Source of the DNA: an uncultured Desulfovibrionaceae bacterium
GTDB taxonomy: Bacteria; Desulfobacterota; Desulfovibrionia; Desulfovibrionales; Desulfovibrionaceae
Length of the DNA: 64,000 nt
Reading direction: 5' to 3'
Assembly: GCA_964370375.1 (NCBI GenBank)
Contig: CAYJIX010000006.1
Location: 321-64,320, forward strand
Numbering within the stretch: the stretch's first letter is position 1; every line of letters starts with the position of its first letter. Below, piece by piece: positions 1 through 9,856 of the stretch. The position numbers and the translations under genes were made by a program. The notes beneath the pieces are model-generated. The model saw nothing but the letters and a program-made list of their open reading frames with translations, searched no databases and had not been told where the DNA came from.

Positions 1-437
1 ACAAAGAAAAGTGTGAAAAGCATAAGCGCATTGACCATTGTCATGCAAAAAACACAAAGAACCCTTGGCCAAATCGCATTCATGCCCCGTATTGTACACA
101 CTATTTGGAAAAAACATGAGGTTATGAAGGCGTAAAGCACAAAGGGGCGTATGTGTTCCCATGATCCGTGGTTACGAGACTCAAAGCCGTATGGCGTTAG
201 GGTTTCTATGCATACCGAGGCCAAAGCCGCAGAAAGGATCCAAAATCCATAAATGGCTTTTTTTTGTATAATGTTGATGCGAATCAGCATGAAAACAGAA
301 ATTGCAAAGGCCATGGCACATATGCCAAAAAGCAAATAATTTGTGGAGTACGCAACAGTAAAATCAAAAAAAGAAAAGCAACAAAGCGCGATGTAACATA
401 ATAAAGAAAAATAGCGTGTTATAGAAAAATGTTTCAT
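1..437 (-). CDS. Multi-pass membrane protein of unknown function, truncated at its 3' end by the window edge
   Basis: Hand translation of the minus strand from ATG 437..435 gives 145 codons with no stop up to base 1 (MKHFSITRYFSLLCYIALCCFSFFDF...). It is very hydrophobic. It is absent from the ORF track, probably because no stop lies inside the window. No clear RBS; the stretch is visibly A+T-rich. Confidence 0.45.
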   Translation of the reverse strand, partial: MKHFSITRYFSLLCYIALCCFSFFDFTVAYSTNYLLFGICAMAFAISVFMLIRINIIQKKAIYGFWILSAALASVCIETLTPYGFESRNHGSWEHIRPFVLYAFITSCFFQIVCTIRGMNAIWPRVLCVFCMTMVNALMLFTLFF

Positions 438-491
438 GGTGATTACTGTTTTTTTGAAAATTTGCTGTAGCAACAAGTTTTGTTTATAGCG

Positions 492-525
492 AAAAACCCC
501 CTGTGACAGATAAGGCACAGGGGGA
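492..525 (-). terminator. Rho-independent terminator downstream of the HesB-like gene
   Basis: Stem CCCCCTGTG (497..505) pairs with CACAGGGGG (517..525). On the minus strand it is followed by a U-run (plus-strand AAAAA 492..496). Confidence 0.65.
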
Positions 526-613
526 GATATAAAGGGACATTCACTATTTTGTGTGAAGTTAGCCTACCAAGGTTTTTTCTTCACGCAGTGCATAGCAAAT
601 AGTCAATCAGCTA

Positions 614-931
614 CTATGAGCCACAAGTGGATGAACAGCCACCGCAATTGCTGCCAGAATTGGCCAAGGGAATCTCAGACGTTACAGAAAAACCCATGGC
701 TGTTAAATCGATAGTCACATCACCCACGGTGGGGATGAGTTCCTTGTTCATGCAAAAGGAAAAAGCTTCTACGGTAAATGTTTCGTCGTCATCTTTTGGC
801 TCATCCAGAGCCAATGTAAGTTGTGGGCCGCGTCAGCCACCGGCAGATAAAAGTACGCGAATGGTGGCTTTTTCTTTATCAGCAAAATAGGCATTGAGCT
901 CTTGTTGAGCCTTGTCAGTAACATGAATCAT
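614..931 (-). CDS. HesB/IscA-like (A-type Fe-S carrier-like) selenoprotein, with in-frame UGA at 835..833 read as Sec
   Basis: The ORF track shows only 614..814. The same frame continues upstream through a single TGA to ATG 931..929, which has a GGAGG RBS about 7 nt upstream. Product: MIHVTDKAQQELNAYFADKEKATIRVLLSAGG-U-RGPQLTLALDEPKDDDETF...NCGGCSSTCGS. The TGA sits where HesB/IscA proteins carry the first conserved Cys (GGC-x-G). C-terminal Cys motifs are present. Confidence 0.8.
796..814 (-). promoter_or_regulatory. Putative bacterial SECIS hairpin
   Basis: mRNA UUGGCUC-UGGAU-GAGCCAA forms a 7-bp stem with a 5-nt loop containing GG. The stem starts 19 nt after the UGA, which is compatible with bacterial SECIS geometry. 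Confidence 0.5.
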
Positions 932-1335
932 TGGAACCTCCAAAGTTGTATGTACATTTCAAATGCGCACGGATTGGGTTTTTGTCAAGGTGTTTTGGGG
1001 GCGTAAAAAGCATTGGTGTTGCGATAGATTTTGCATCTGCCTTTGCAAGGTAGTCAAGTTCAACAAAAAATAGTGCAAAAAATCGCAATATTACAAAATG
1101 CTATTGCATTGCGGCCCGTAAGGAACAAGGCATTGCGCAAAAAAATTCACAGGGTAAAGCTTTGGGGCGCCGATTCTTTTACTTTGAAAATTTCAACTGC
1201 CTAAGAAGGCATCTCTTGCCTTGTCAAGCGTCATGGCCTCGTGTAGATTGACCAAGGCTAAAGGACATCATAAAAACACAGGCGGCCTAAAAATAACGGC
1301 AAGCCATACCATAAGTATAATAAAGGGAATTTTTC

Positions 1336-3432
1336 ATGATCCAGATTATGAAACGATTGCACACGGTGCATAAGTATTGCATGGCTCTTTTTTTGGTGAG
1401 CGTTGTGGGTATTCTTGGAGGGTGTTCTCTTGCAGAATTAGGTATTTCTGACGACACACAAGCTACCAAGCCTGCTCCTGTAACAGACACGCAGCCACAA
1501 CAGCCTAAAAATCCAATAACTGGGCAAGCCCATGCTGCGTGGGAAGCTGGCAATATGAATGAGGCAGAGCGGTTATACGGCATGGGGATGCGCCAAGAGA
1601 AAATTTCAGGGGATGAGCTGGCCCTAGCTCTTGAGCGTTTGACACGCTCTGCCCTTGCCAATAAACATCCCTATACAGCCTTAGATGCACTTGAGCGCTG
1701 GCGTCAACATGTGCCCGGTGTTGAATTGTCATGGATGTGGCTCAGTCTTTGGCGTAGTGCTGTCACGTCCATGTCTGACCTTGACTTAAACCGTTTGCTA
1801 CAAAGCACTTGGAATGATGCTGTTTCGCCTGCTGTGCTGCGCGTCATTGCAGGAGAGATGGCTTTTTTACAAGAAAGCGTAGACAGTCAGAGCCTTGCAT
1901 TGCAGCTTAACGAGCTTTATAACGTGGCATTACCTGAAGAGCAGCGGCTCATGGAATACGGCCTTTTGGCAGATATCATCAATGTACCCCCTCAAGCTTT
2001 GGAACGGTTGGTATCATTTACAGATGTATCGCAAGACGTTTTTCCATGGACCATTGTACTGCTTGAACAAGCAAGAAGAGCTAAAAGAAGCAATCTGCCC
2101 GAAGCTGACACGCTCTTTACACGCCTCGACAAGCCGGAATTGTTTGCCACCGCAGGCGTTGTAGAGGTTGCACGGCAGGGTCAGGCTAATTATACGGATG
2201 TATTTGTTAAGGATACAAGCCATAGTATGGCTACGACCTCATCATCCATGGTGGACCCTTCGCCAATGATGCTAAGTTCTGGTTGTTATACCATGATTTT
2301 ACCCATGAGTGGCCCCTATGCTACCATTGGTGCTAAGATGGCCCAAGGAGCCGCAGTAGCTCAACAGGAATTGGCAAAATCAGGTGTTCAGGCTGAAGTG
2401 TTGCTCATCAATACCGAATCTTCAAACTGGCTTGATCAGCTGGACAATTTGCCGGAGCATTGCGTAACTGTAGGCGGCCCCATGCGACCTGACGGTTATG
2501 CGCAGGTTAAAGCGCGAGGACTTACCCAAGAGCGAGCCTTGTTCACGTTCTTATCTAAACTTGATGAAGGTGATGAGGGAAGCGTTGCATGGCGGTTTTT
2601 CTCAAGCCCTGAAGACCAAATCACAGCGGTGCTCAGTTTTGCAAGGCAAGTGGGTGTTGCAGAGTACGCTTCCTTTTATCCGGACGATATGTTCGGCCAA
2701 CGTATGACAGGGCTTTTTTCACAGGCGGTAGAAAGTAGCGGAGCGCGTATGGGCCCCATGGTTTCCTACTTGCCCAGCGATCAAGCTGCTTGGAACGATA
2801 CGGTGCGCTCGTTTGTTGGCACAACCATGATTGACGAGATTCCTGTGCCCTCAACATCATTTGGGGCAGTGTTTTTGCCGGATAGCTGGAGCGCGTCTGA
2901 GCTTTTGATACCCTATCTCTTTTTTCAAGGGGAAGACCGCTTGCTCTTGCTTGGTACAGCTTTGTGGGAGCAAGGCTTGGCAGACAAGGTGGATTATGCC
3001 GTAAATAATTTCAGATTGGCTGTTTTTCCGGGTGCTTGGAATAGCGCAACGCCTACGGCAGCAGCCACACGGTTAATAAATGGTTTAAACCTTGGCCAAA
3101 CGGTAGAGACAACAGCAGATTTTTGGACAGGCATTGGCTATGATTTTGTACGCTTTGCCTCAGCCCTTGACGCAAAACCAGGCTGGGATCCTGCATCCAT
3201 CAACAGCAAGCTTGCGCGGATGCAATCTTTTGATTGGAGCATGGCTCCGTTGCGCTGGGAAAATGGCCGAGCTGAGCAGGCGTTGTTTTTGTTTACGCCA
3301 TCTGAAAACGGGTTTACCATGGCAGATGTGGCCTTATTTAGGCAGCGCCTTGAAAGGGTTCGGGAACAGCACGATAAACGTGTGGAAGCCGCAAAAGAAG
3401 AAGCAAAAAAGAAAAAGCAGGTAAAGGAGTAA
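1336..3432 (+). CDS. Lipoprotein with N-terminal TPR-like region and C-terminal type-1 periplasmic-binding fold (LpoA/LppC-like)
   Basis: 698-aa ORF. Signal peptide with lipobox ILGGC. The C-terminal half resembles LpoA/Leu-Ile-Val-binding-type domains (ILPMSGPYATIGAKMAQGAAVAQ). The function call is tentative. Confidence 0.6.
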   Translation: MIQIMKRLHTVHKYCMALFLVSVVGILGGCSLAELGISDDTQATKPAPVTDTQPQQPKNPITGQAHAAWEAGNMNEAERLYGMGMRQEKISGDELALALERLTRSALANKHPYTALDALERWRQHVPGVELSWMWLSLWRSAVTSMSDLDLNRLLQSTWNDAVSPAVLRVIAGEMAFLQESVDSQSLALQLNELYNVALPEEQRLMEYGLLADIINVPPQALERLVSFTDVSQDVFPWTIVLLEQARRAKRSNLPEADTLFTRLDKPELFATAGVVEVARQGQANYTDVFVKDTSHSMATTSSSMVDPSPMMLSSGCYTMILPMSGPYATIGAKMAQGAAVAQQELAKSGVQAEVLLINTESSNWLDQLDNLPEHCVTVGGPMRPDGYAQVKARGLTQERALFTFLSKLDEGDEGSVAWRFFSSPEDQITAVLSFARQVGVAEYASFYPDDMFGQRMTGLFSQAVESSGARMGPMVSYLPSDQAAWNDTVRSFVGTTMIDEIPVPSTSFGAVFLPDSWSASELLIPYLFFQGEDRLLLLGTALWEQGLADKVDYAVNNFRLAVFPGAWNSATPTAAATRLINGLNLGQTVETTADFWTGIGYDFVRFASALDAKPGWDPASINSKLARMQSFDWSMAPLRWENGRAEQALFLFTPSENGFTMADVALFRQRLERVREQHDKRVEAAKEEAKKKKQVKE

Positions 3433-3436
3433 TATA

Positions 3437-3760
3437 ATGAGACACATTTTACGTATATTTGGCATTGGGTGTTTTGGGGTTGTTATGGTCGGAACTGCCA
3501 TGGCGGCTCAGGATCGTTTTGCAATGATAGATGCCGACAAAGACGGGAAAATAGTTGTCGAAGAATTTATGAAGGCCATGCCTCAGATGCGCCAATCAGC
3601 CTTTGATGCCATTGATAGCGATAAAAACGCCCATATAGACCGTAGCGAATGGGATGGTTTTATGAAAAACCATGGTAAAGGTGGCATGGGTGCTCAACAA
3701 CAAGAGGCCAAGTCGTCGTCAAAAACGTTACCTATTATTCAGCCACCCAAAGCAAAATAA
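3437..3760 (+). CDS. Secreted EF-hand calcium-binding protein
   Basis: Signal peptide plus two EF-hand loops (DADKDGKIVVEEF, DSDKNAHIDRSEW). AAGGAG RBS. Starts 5 nt after the preceding gene. Confidence 0.8.
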   Translation: MRHILRIFGIGCFGVVMVGTAMAAQDRFAMIDADKDGKIVVEEFMKAMPQMRQSAFDAIDSDKNAHIDRSEWDGFMKNHGKGGMGAQQQEAKSSSKTLPIIQPPKAK

Positions 3761-3879
3761 AACTGTGCACGCATATGATGTAGTGCGGCAATAAAGGCAA
3801 AACGCCTTTGTTATCCTATTTGCATACGATGGGTTATTGTTGATTTTTTTGCAGTATTTTAAAAGAAGCGGGTTTTTGT

Positions 3880-5577
3880 ATGAGTTTTACGCCTGAAAAG
3901 AACAAAACAGGGGATGAGCCCTTAGATTTTATCCGTACTAGGATTGTGAAAGACCGCGCCGAAGGGAAATATGACGCGCGAGTGCATACAAGGTTTCCTC
4001 CCGAACCTAACGGCTATTTACACATAGGGCATGTTAAATCCATATGCCTAAACTTTGGCTTGGCCGAAGAATATCAAGGTCTGTGCAATCTACGCTTTGA
4101 CGATACCAACCCCGTGAAGGAAGATACAGAATACGTAGACGCCATTCAGCAAGATGTGGAATGGCTTGTGGGGGATTTAGGCGGGCGTATCTTTTATGCT
4201 TCTGATTACTTTGATCAGCTTTATGTCTTTGCCGAACAGCTTATTTGTGCGGGCAAAGCCTATGTGGACGATCAAAGCGCAGACGAAATACGGGAAACAC
4301 GAGGAACCTTCACTGTTCCCGGTACAAACAGTCCGTGGCGCGAACGCTCTGTTGAGGAAAATTTAGACCTCTTTCGCCGCATGAAGGCCGGTGAATTTGC
4401 CGATGGGGCCCGAGTTTTGCGCGCCAAAATTGACATGGCATCGCCTAATATAGTTATGCGCGATCCCACGCTGTACCGCATCAGGCATGCACATCACCAC
4501 CGCACAGGCGATACGTGGTGCATTTACCCCATGTACGACTATACCCATTGTATTTCGGATTCCTTGGAAGGGATTACCCACTCCCTTTGTTCCTTGGAGT
4601 TTGTCAACAACCGCGAACTGTATGACTGGCTTTTGGATGCTTTGGATATTTATCATCCTCAGCAAATTGAATTTGCTCGTTTATCCCTTGCCTATACCCT
4701 TATGTCCAAGCGGCACTTGTTGCGCCTTGTGCAAAACGGTGCGGTCACAGGGTGGGATGACCCACGTATGCCCACAGTGAGCGGATTACGCCGTCGCGGT
4801 GTTCCTGCCAAAGCTTTGCACGAATTTAGCCAGCGCATTGGAATTTCGCGAGCAGAAAATCTTGTGGAATACAGCTTGTTGGAATTTTGTATCCGTGAGC
4901 ATTTGAACAAAACCGCGCCGCGCTACATGGCTGTGCAACAACCCTTAAAAGTCATCATCGAAAATTATCCGGAAGGGCAAGTGGAATGGTTTGACATGCC
5001 GCTAAGTCCTGACGAAACAATACCCGGTTCACGCAAAGTACCCTTTAGCCGCGAACTGTATATTGAGCGAGATGATTTTCGTGAAAATCCGCCCAAAAAA
5101 TTCCATAGGCTTTACCCTGGCAATGAAGTGCGCTTGCGCTACGCCTATTATATCACCTGTAAAGAGGTACAAAAAGACAGCGAAGGCAATATTGTAGCCC
5201 TTATTTGTACGTATGACCCTGAATCTAGGGGGGGCAACACGCCGGATGAACGTAGAGTGCGCGGTACGATCCATTTTGTGGAAGCCAGCCACGCTGTTCC
5301 TGCTGATATCCGCCTTTACGAACAGCTGTTTACAGAAATGAACTTGTCGTCCTTGCCTGAAGGCCGTACGGTGGAGGACATGCTCAATCCTGATTCTTTA
5401 ACCACCCTCACCGCGCAACTTGAGCCTGCCTTAGCAGAGCTTGGAATTGGTACAAGTGTGCAATTTGAACGCCTAGGGTATTATTGCGTTGATGTGGATT
5501 CAACCTCGTCTAAGGTTGTTTATAACCGAACGGTATCTCTTAAGGATTCTTGGGCCAAGCAAGAAAAACAAGGCTAA
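3880..5577 (+). CDS. glnS: Glutamine--tRNA ligase
   Basis: 565 aa with class I motifs ([16 protein letters not shown]) and a GlnRS-type C-terminal anticodon-binding region. Confidence 0.96.
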   Translation: MSFTPEKNKTGDEPLDFIRTRIVKDRAEGKYDARVHTRFPPEPNGYLHIGHVKSICLNFGLAEEYQGLCNLRFDDTNPVKEDTEYVDAIQQDVEWLVGDLGGRIFYASDYFDQLYVFAEQLICAGKAYVDDQSADEIRETRGTFTVPGTNSPWRERSVEENLDLFRRMKAGEFADGARVLRAKIDMASPNIVMRDPTLYRIRHAHHHRTGDTWCIYPMYDYTHCISDSLEGITHSLCSLEFVNNRELYDWLLDALDIYHPQQIEFARLSLAYTLMSKRHLLRLVQNGAVTGWDDPRMPTVSGLRRRGVPAKALHEFSQRIGISRAENLVEYSLLEFCIREHLNKTAPRYMAVQQPLKVIIENYPEGQVEWFDMPLSPDETIPGSRKVPFSRELYIERDDFRENPPKKFHRLYPGNEVRLRYAYYITCKEVQKDSEGNIVALICTYDPESRGGNTPDERRVRGTIHFVEASHAVPADIRLYEQLFTEMNLSSLPEGRTVEDMLNPDSLTTLTAQLEPALAELGIGTSVQFERLGYYCVDVDSTSSKVVYNRTVSLKDSWAKQEKQG

Positions 5578-5633
5578 TCCATACATATGGAACGGTAGCC
5601 TTTACTCAAGCTCATACCATCATATCCATACAA

Positions 5634-5684
5634 CTGCCGAGAAAAAGAATAGTGTAGGTCTTTTTTCGGCAGTTTTTGTTTTTT
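5634..5684 (+). terminator. Rho-independent terminator of glnS
   Basis: CTGCCGAGAAAAAG (5634..5647) pairs with CTTTTTTCGGCAG (5660..5672), followed by TTTTTGTTTTTT. Confidence 0.8.
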
Positions 5685-6121
5685 AGCAATAGTGTTTTCA
5701 TTGTTGTTTGTCTGTTCTTGAAAGTTTATTATATGTTTCAACTGCATAGAAAAGTCCGTACCAGACTAAGTTTTGTTATGATAGTTTTGTCAATTACACA
5801 GAACCATAAAAAATAGGGATGAGAAAAATCCTGTTTTCTTGGTTTTTAAAAGTCTAACATATTGTTTTTACAGTGTTATAACGAAAAAAGCAGGGTGAAG
5901 AAAAACGTTTCATTTGAAGCCATTGGCATATGCATTGACCTGTTGACTCAAAAAGGCAATTGGATTACGCTTCGTTAGATAATCGAACGCGCTTTTTTGA
6001 ATGAAAATTTGCCTTTAAATGAAAAGCGTTCCGCTTATGAACAAACACAACCCCAGTCTGTGTTTTACAAAACCACATCGATACTATTGATTTTGGTGAT
6101 TCTATTTGTTGGAGAGCTACC

Positions 6122-7708
6122 TTGGAGATGCAGAAAAGAAAAGCCAGCAAGCCCATCAAGCTTGCCACAAAGTCGGCTAACCTTGACTATTTTATGCCTA
6201 TGTTGCAAAGCCTTGCCCATAAGGACGAGCTTAACGAGGTAGTAAAAAACTGTGTAGTAAAATCATGTGACCTTATGGACGCTGGGATTGAGCTCTATCC
6301 CAACGATTTTCGTAAAGGCTGTGATGTTGGTGAATTGCGCGCCGAATACGAAGCGTATTCCGGCACTGAGCTTGAAGCCTTGGATGAAGACTTTGCCTGT
6401 GCAGGACGTATTGTTTCCCATCGTTCCTTTGGTAAGGTTGTCTTTTTTCATATAGCTGACCGCAGTGGACGTATTCAATGCTATGTCTCTAAGGAATCCA
6501 TGGGTGATGAAAGCTTTGCCCAGTTCCGTAAATTTGATATTGGCGATATTGTCGGTACTGTGGGCACACTTTTTCGGACAAAGACGGGTGAGCTGACGCT
6601 GTCTTGCAAGTCTGTAAAATTGCTTTCTAAATCGTTCCGCTCTTTGCCGGAAAAGCATAAAGGCTTAACCAATGTGGAAACACGGTATCGTCAGCGCTAT
6701 GTTGACCTTATTGTAAACCCCAGAGTGCGTGATATTTTTCGTAAACGCAGTAAGATCATACGCGAGTTTCGCCTTTTCCTTGAAGATCGTGGCTTTGTAG
6801 AGGTAGAAACCCCCATGCTACAGCCCATCCCGGGAGGAGCGGCTGCGCGTCCATTTACCACTCATCATAATGCCTTGGATATTGATTTATACATGCGTAT
6901 TGCACCTGAACTGTACCTTAAGCGTTTGCTTGTGGGCGGTTTTGAGCGTGTGTTTGAGATCAACAGAAATTTTCGCAATGAAGGCACTTCAACACAGCAT
7001 AACCCCGAATTCACCATGTGTGAGTTTTATTGGGCCTATGCTACCTTTGAAGACCTTATGGAACTTACAGAAGAGCTGTTTGCGCATATTGCCAGAACTG
7101 TGTGCGGTTCAGAACAGATCACGTATCAAGGCCAGGATCTGGATTTGACCCCCGGCAAATGGCAACGTTTAACCTTCCATGAATCGTTAGAAGTTATTGG
7201 CGGACATAGTCCTGATTTTTATAACGATATGAATAAGTTGACGAACTATATTCGTGAACGCGGTGAAAAGGTTTTGGCAAGCGATAATAAGCTTGGCAAG
7301 CTTCAAGCAAAGGTGTTTGACCTTGATGTGGAGCATAAGCTTATTCAGCCAACCTTTATTTATCATTACCCTACTGATATTTCTCCTTTATCGCGCCGTA
7401 ACAAGGACAACCCTGACATCACAGACCGTTTTGAACTGTTCATTACGGGCCGCGAAATTGCCAATGCTTTTTCAGAACTCAATGACCCCATTGATCAGCG
7501 CCAACGCTTTGAAGAACAGGTCAAAGAAAAGGATGCAGGCGATGATGAAGCCTGCCCCATGGATGAAGACTACTTGCGCGCTTTAGAATATGCCATGCCT
7601 CCTGCTGCAGGGCAGGGTGTGGGCATAGATCGCCTTGTGATGCTGTTTACAGATTCACCTTCCATTCGGGAAGTCATTTTCTTCCCGTTGCTTAAACCGG
7701 AAATGTAG
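6122..7708 (+). CDS. lysS: Lysine--tRNA ligase (class II)
   Basis: Conserved LysRS core (FRNEG, ELNDP, GxGIDR motifs). The ORF-track start is TTG 6122. ATG 6128 with an upstream GGAGAG is the more likely start. Confidence 0.94.
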   Translation: MEMQKRKASKPIKLATKSANLDYFMPMLQSLAHKDELNEVVKNCVVKSCDLMDAGIELYPNDFRKGCDVGELRAEYEAYSGTELEALDEDFACAGRIVSHRSFGKVVFFHIADRSGRIQCYVSKESMGDESFAQFRKFDIGDIVGTVGTLFRTKTGELTLSCKSVKLLSKSFRSLPEKHKGLTNVETRYRQRYVDLIVNPRVRDIFRKRSKIIREFRLFLEDRGFVEVETPMLQPIPGGAAARPFTTHHNALDIDLYMRIAPELYLKRLLVGGFERVFEINRNFRNEGTSTQHNPEFTMCEFYWAYATFEDLMELTEELFAHIARTVCGSEQITYQGQDLDLTPGKWQRLTFHESLEVIGGHSPDFYNDMNKLTNYIRERGEKVLASDNKLGKLQAKVFDLDVEHKLIQPTFIYHYPTDISPLSRRNKDNPDITDRFELFITGREIANAFSELNDPIDQRQRFEEQVKEKDAGDDEACPMDEDYLRALEYAMPPAAGQGVGIDRLVMLFTDSPSIREVIFFPLLKPEM

Positions 7709-7925
7709 ACAAAAAACCGTTTAAAGTTATGCACTCAGAAAATAATGGCAGCGTGGGATTTTTCTCCTTTACACTGCCATGACATGTATGTCCTATAACG
7801 GTGGAGAGAGGCGTCTAATACGGTATTAGGTTTGCGTTGCGAAAGCTTTTTTCACAGCAAAATTGTGGCCATGGGTTTTGTGGATACATGGAACTATGTA
7901 CCGGATTTTTATTTGAGATGAATGC

Positions 7926-9173
7926 ATGAAATTTGAGTTGTTTGTTGCGCTTCGTTATCTGTTTGCCAGACGCAAACAGGCTTTTATCTATATAATCTCT
8001 ATTATGTCGATAGTTGGTGTGGCCATTGGGGTTGCTGCCCTTGTGGTTGTTTTTGGTGTGTACAATGGCTTTACTACCGACATAAGGGACAGGCTTTTAG
8101 GCGCAAATGCGCATATTATTGCCACAGGCAACCTGTCGCTTGCCAAAAACAACGCAAGCGGCCAGCCGTCTTCTGTTTCCCAAACTTTGGAAAGCATCAA
8201 TACTATACCCGGCGTTACAGGGGCTACACCTTTTGTCTATGCTGAAGGGATGCTCTCGTCGCCGCGAGGGGTTAAAGGGATTATTTTGCGTGGCATTGAT
8301 CCGCAAACAGGTCCTGATGTTTTGGCAATGTTAAACAATCTTCCGCATGGCTCGGCTAAAGATTTAGCTAAACAAGGCACGCCAGGCGTTATTGTGGGGC
8401 AGGAGCTTGCCGCACGGTTGGGGCTTTTTGTGGGAAGCCGTGTGAACCTCTTGTCGCCTGCCGGGCAAAAAACTGCGGCAGGCTTTCAGCCACGGATCCG
8501 TTCTTTTGTGGTAGCGGGAATTTTTCATACCGGCATGTATGAATACGATTCTTCCCTTGCTTTTGTTTCCCTTGATGCGGCCAGAAACTTGCTTGACATT
8601 GAAGAGCCGTATATTTCAGGCATTGAAGTAAGAGTGGCTGATTTGCACAAAGCCGATGAGCTAGCAAATGCTGTTGCCAGCCTGCTTGCCCCCGGAGCCA
8701 GCGTGCGCAGTTGGATGAATTTAAACGCCAATTTGTTTGCGGCCCTTGAACTTGAAAAAATAGGCATGTTCATTGTGCTTGCCATGATTGTTTTAGTGGG
8801 GTCTTTTTCTATTGTTACCACCTTGGTTATGCTTGTCATGGAAAAAACGCGAGACATTGCCATTTTAATGTCCATGGGAGCCACAAGGGGTATGATTCGG
8901 CGTATTTTTATGCTTCAAGGCACAATTATTGGTTTTGTAGGCACAATGCTTGGATATATATGCGGCATCACCTTAGCCTTTTTACTCCAGCGGTATCAAT
9001 TTATTAAACTGCCGCCGGGGGTTTATGCCATTGACCATTTGCCCGTCCTGCTCAGGTGGCAAGATGTTACCTTAGTTGGTGTATCGGCCATGGTTTTGTG
9101 TTTTTTGGCAACCATTTATCCGGCAAGGCAAGCAGCTTCCCTTCAGCCTGCTGAAGCGTTACGGTACGAATGA
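7926..9173 (+). CDS. Lipoprotein-releasing ABC transporter permease (LolC/LolE, FtsX family)
   Basis: 415 aa with MacB/FtsX-type topology and a large periplasmic loop. Its ATGA overlaps lolD. Confidence 0.88.
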   Translation: MKFELFVALRYLFARRKQAFIYIISIMSIVGVAIGVAALVVVFGVYNGFTTDIRDRLLGANAHIIATGNLSLAKNNASGQPSSVSQTLESINTIPGVTGATPFVYAEGMLSSPRGVKGIILRGIDPQTGPDVLAMLNNLPHGSAKDLAKQGTPGVIVGQELAARLGLFVGSRVNLLSPAGQKTAAGFQPRIRSFVVAGIFHTGMYEYDSSLAFVSLDAARNLLDIEEPYISGIEVRVADLHKADELANAVASLLAPGASVRSWMNLNANLFAALELEKIGMFIVLAMIVLVGSFSIVTTLVMLVMEKTRDIAILMSMGATRGMIRRIFMLQGTIIGFVGTMLGYICGITLAFLLQRYQFIKLPPGVYAIDHLPVLLRWQDVTLVGVSAMVLCFLATIYPARQAASLQPAEALRYE

Positions 9174-9856
9174 TGGCAAGCCAATACGAACTCATTAACG
9201 TGGGCAAGGTGTGCGCCGGCCCAACCGAAGATGTCACGATCTTACAAGGTGTCAATCTATGCGTTGAGCAAGGGCAGTCCATAGCTATTGTTGGTTCTTC
9301 CGGATCAGGAAAAACCACGTTATTGCACCTTTTGGGCGCGCTGGATGTGGCTACAAGCGGCAGTATATGTTTTGAAGGGCAATCACTGACAGACATGTCA
9401 GGTGATGCCAAGGCAAGGTTTCGGAACAGGCGGTTGGGGTTTGTTTTTCAGTTCCACCATCTTTTACCGGAATTTTCTACGTTAGAAAATGTAGCCATGC
9501 AGGCACTCATTGCAGGAGTTTCACGAAAAGAAGCCCTTGAAAAAGCAAAGGAAGCCCTTGAAAAAGTAGGGCTTATTGATAGGCGCGAACACCGCGTGAC
9601 CACGTTGTCCGGCGGAGAGCGCCAGCGAGCGGCCATTGCTAGGGCTATCTTATTAGAACCTTCTGTGTTATTAGCTGATGAACCTACAGGAAATTTAGAT
9701 ATGAAAACCGGAGACCAGGTGGCAGACCTGCTCCTAACATTGAACAGCACTCTAAATATGACCTTGGTTGTTGTGACGCACAACATCGAAATGGCCACGC
9801 GTATGGAGCGCTGTCTTGAACTTCGTGCCGGAGAACTCTATGAAGAGCATTGCTAA
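9170..9856 (+). CDS. lolD: Lipoprotein-releasing system ATP-binding protein
   Basis: Walker A GSSGSGKTT, signature LSGGERQR, Walker B LLADEPTGNLD. Confidence 0.9.
   Translation: MMASQYELINVGKVCAGPTEDVTILQGVNLCVEQGQSIAIVGSSGSGKTTLLHLLGALDVATSGSICFEGQSLTDMSGDAKARFRNRRLGFVFQFHHLLPEFSTLENVAMQALIAGVSRKEALEKAKEALEKVGLIDRREHRVTTLSGGERQRAAIARAILLEPSVLLADEPTGNLDMKTGDQVADLLLTLNSTLNMTLVVVTHNIEMATRMERCLELRAGELYEEHC

Noticed and set aside
627-890. 87-aa plus-strand ORF overlapping the HesB-like gene.
   Set aside because: It is antisense to a gene with RBS, terminator and family-typical sequence, and has no recognisable features of its own.
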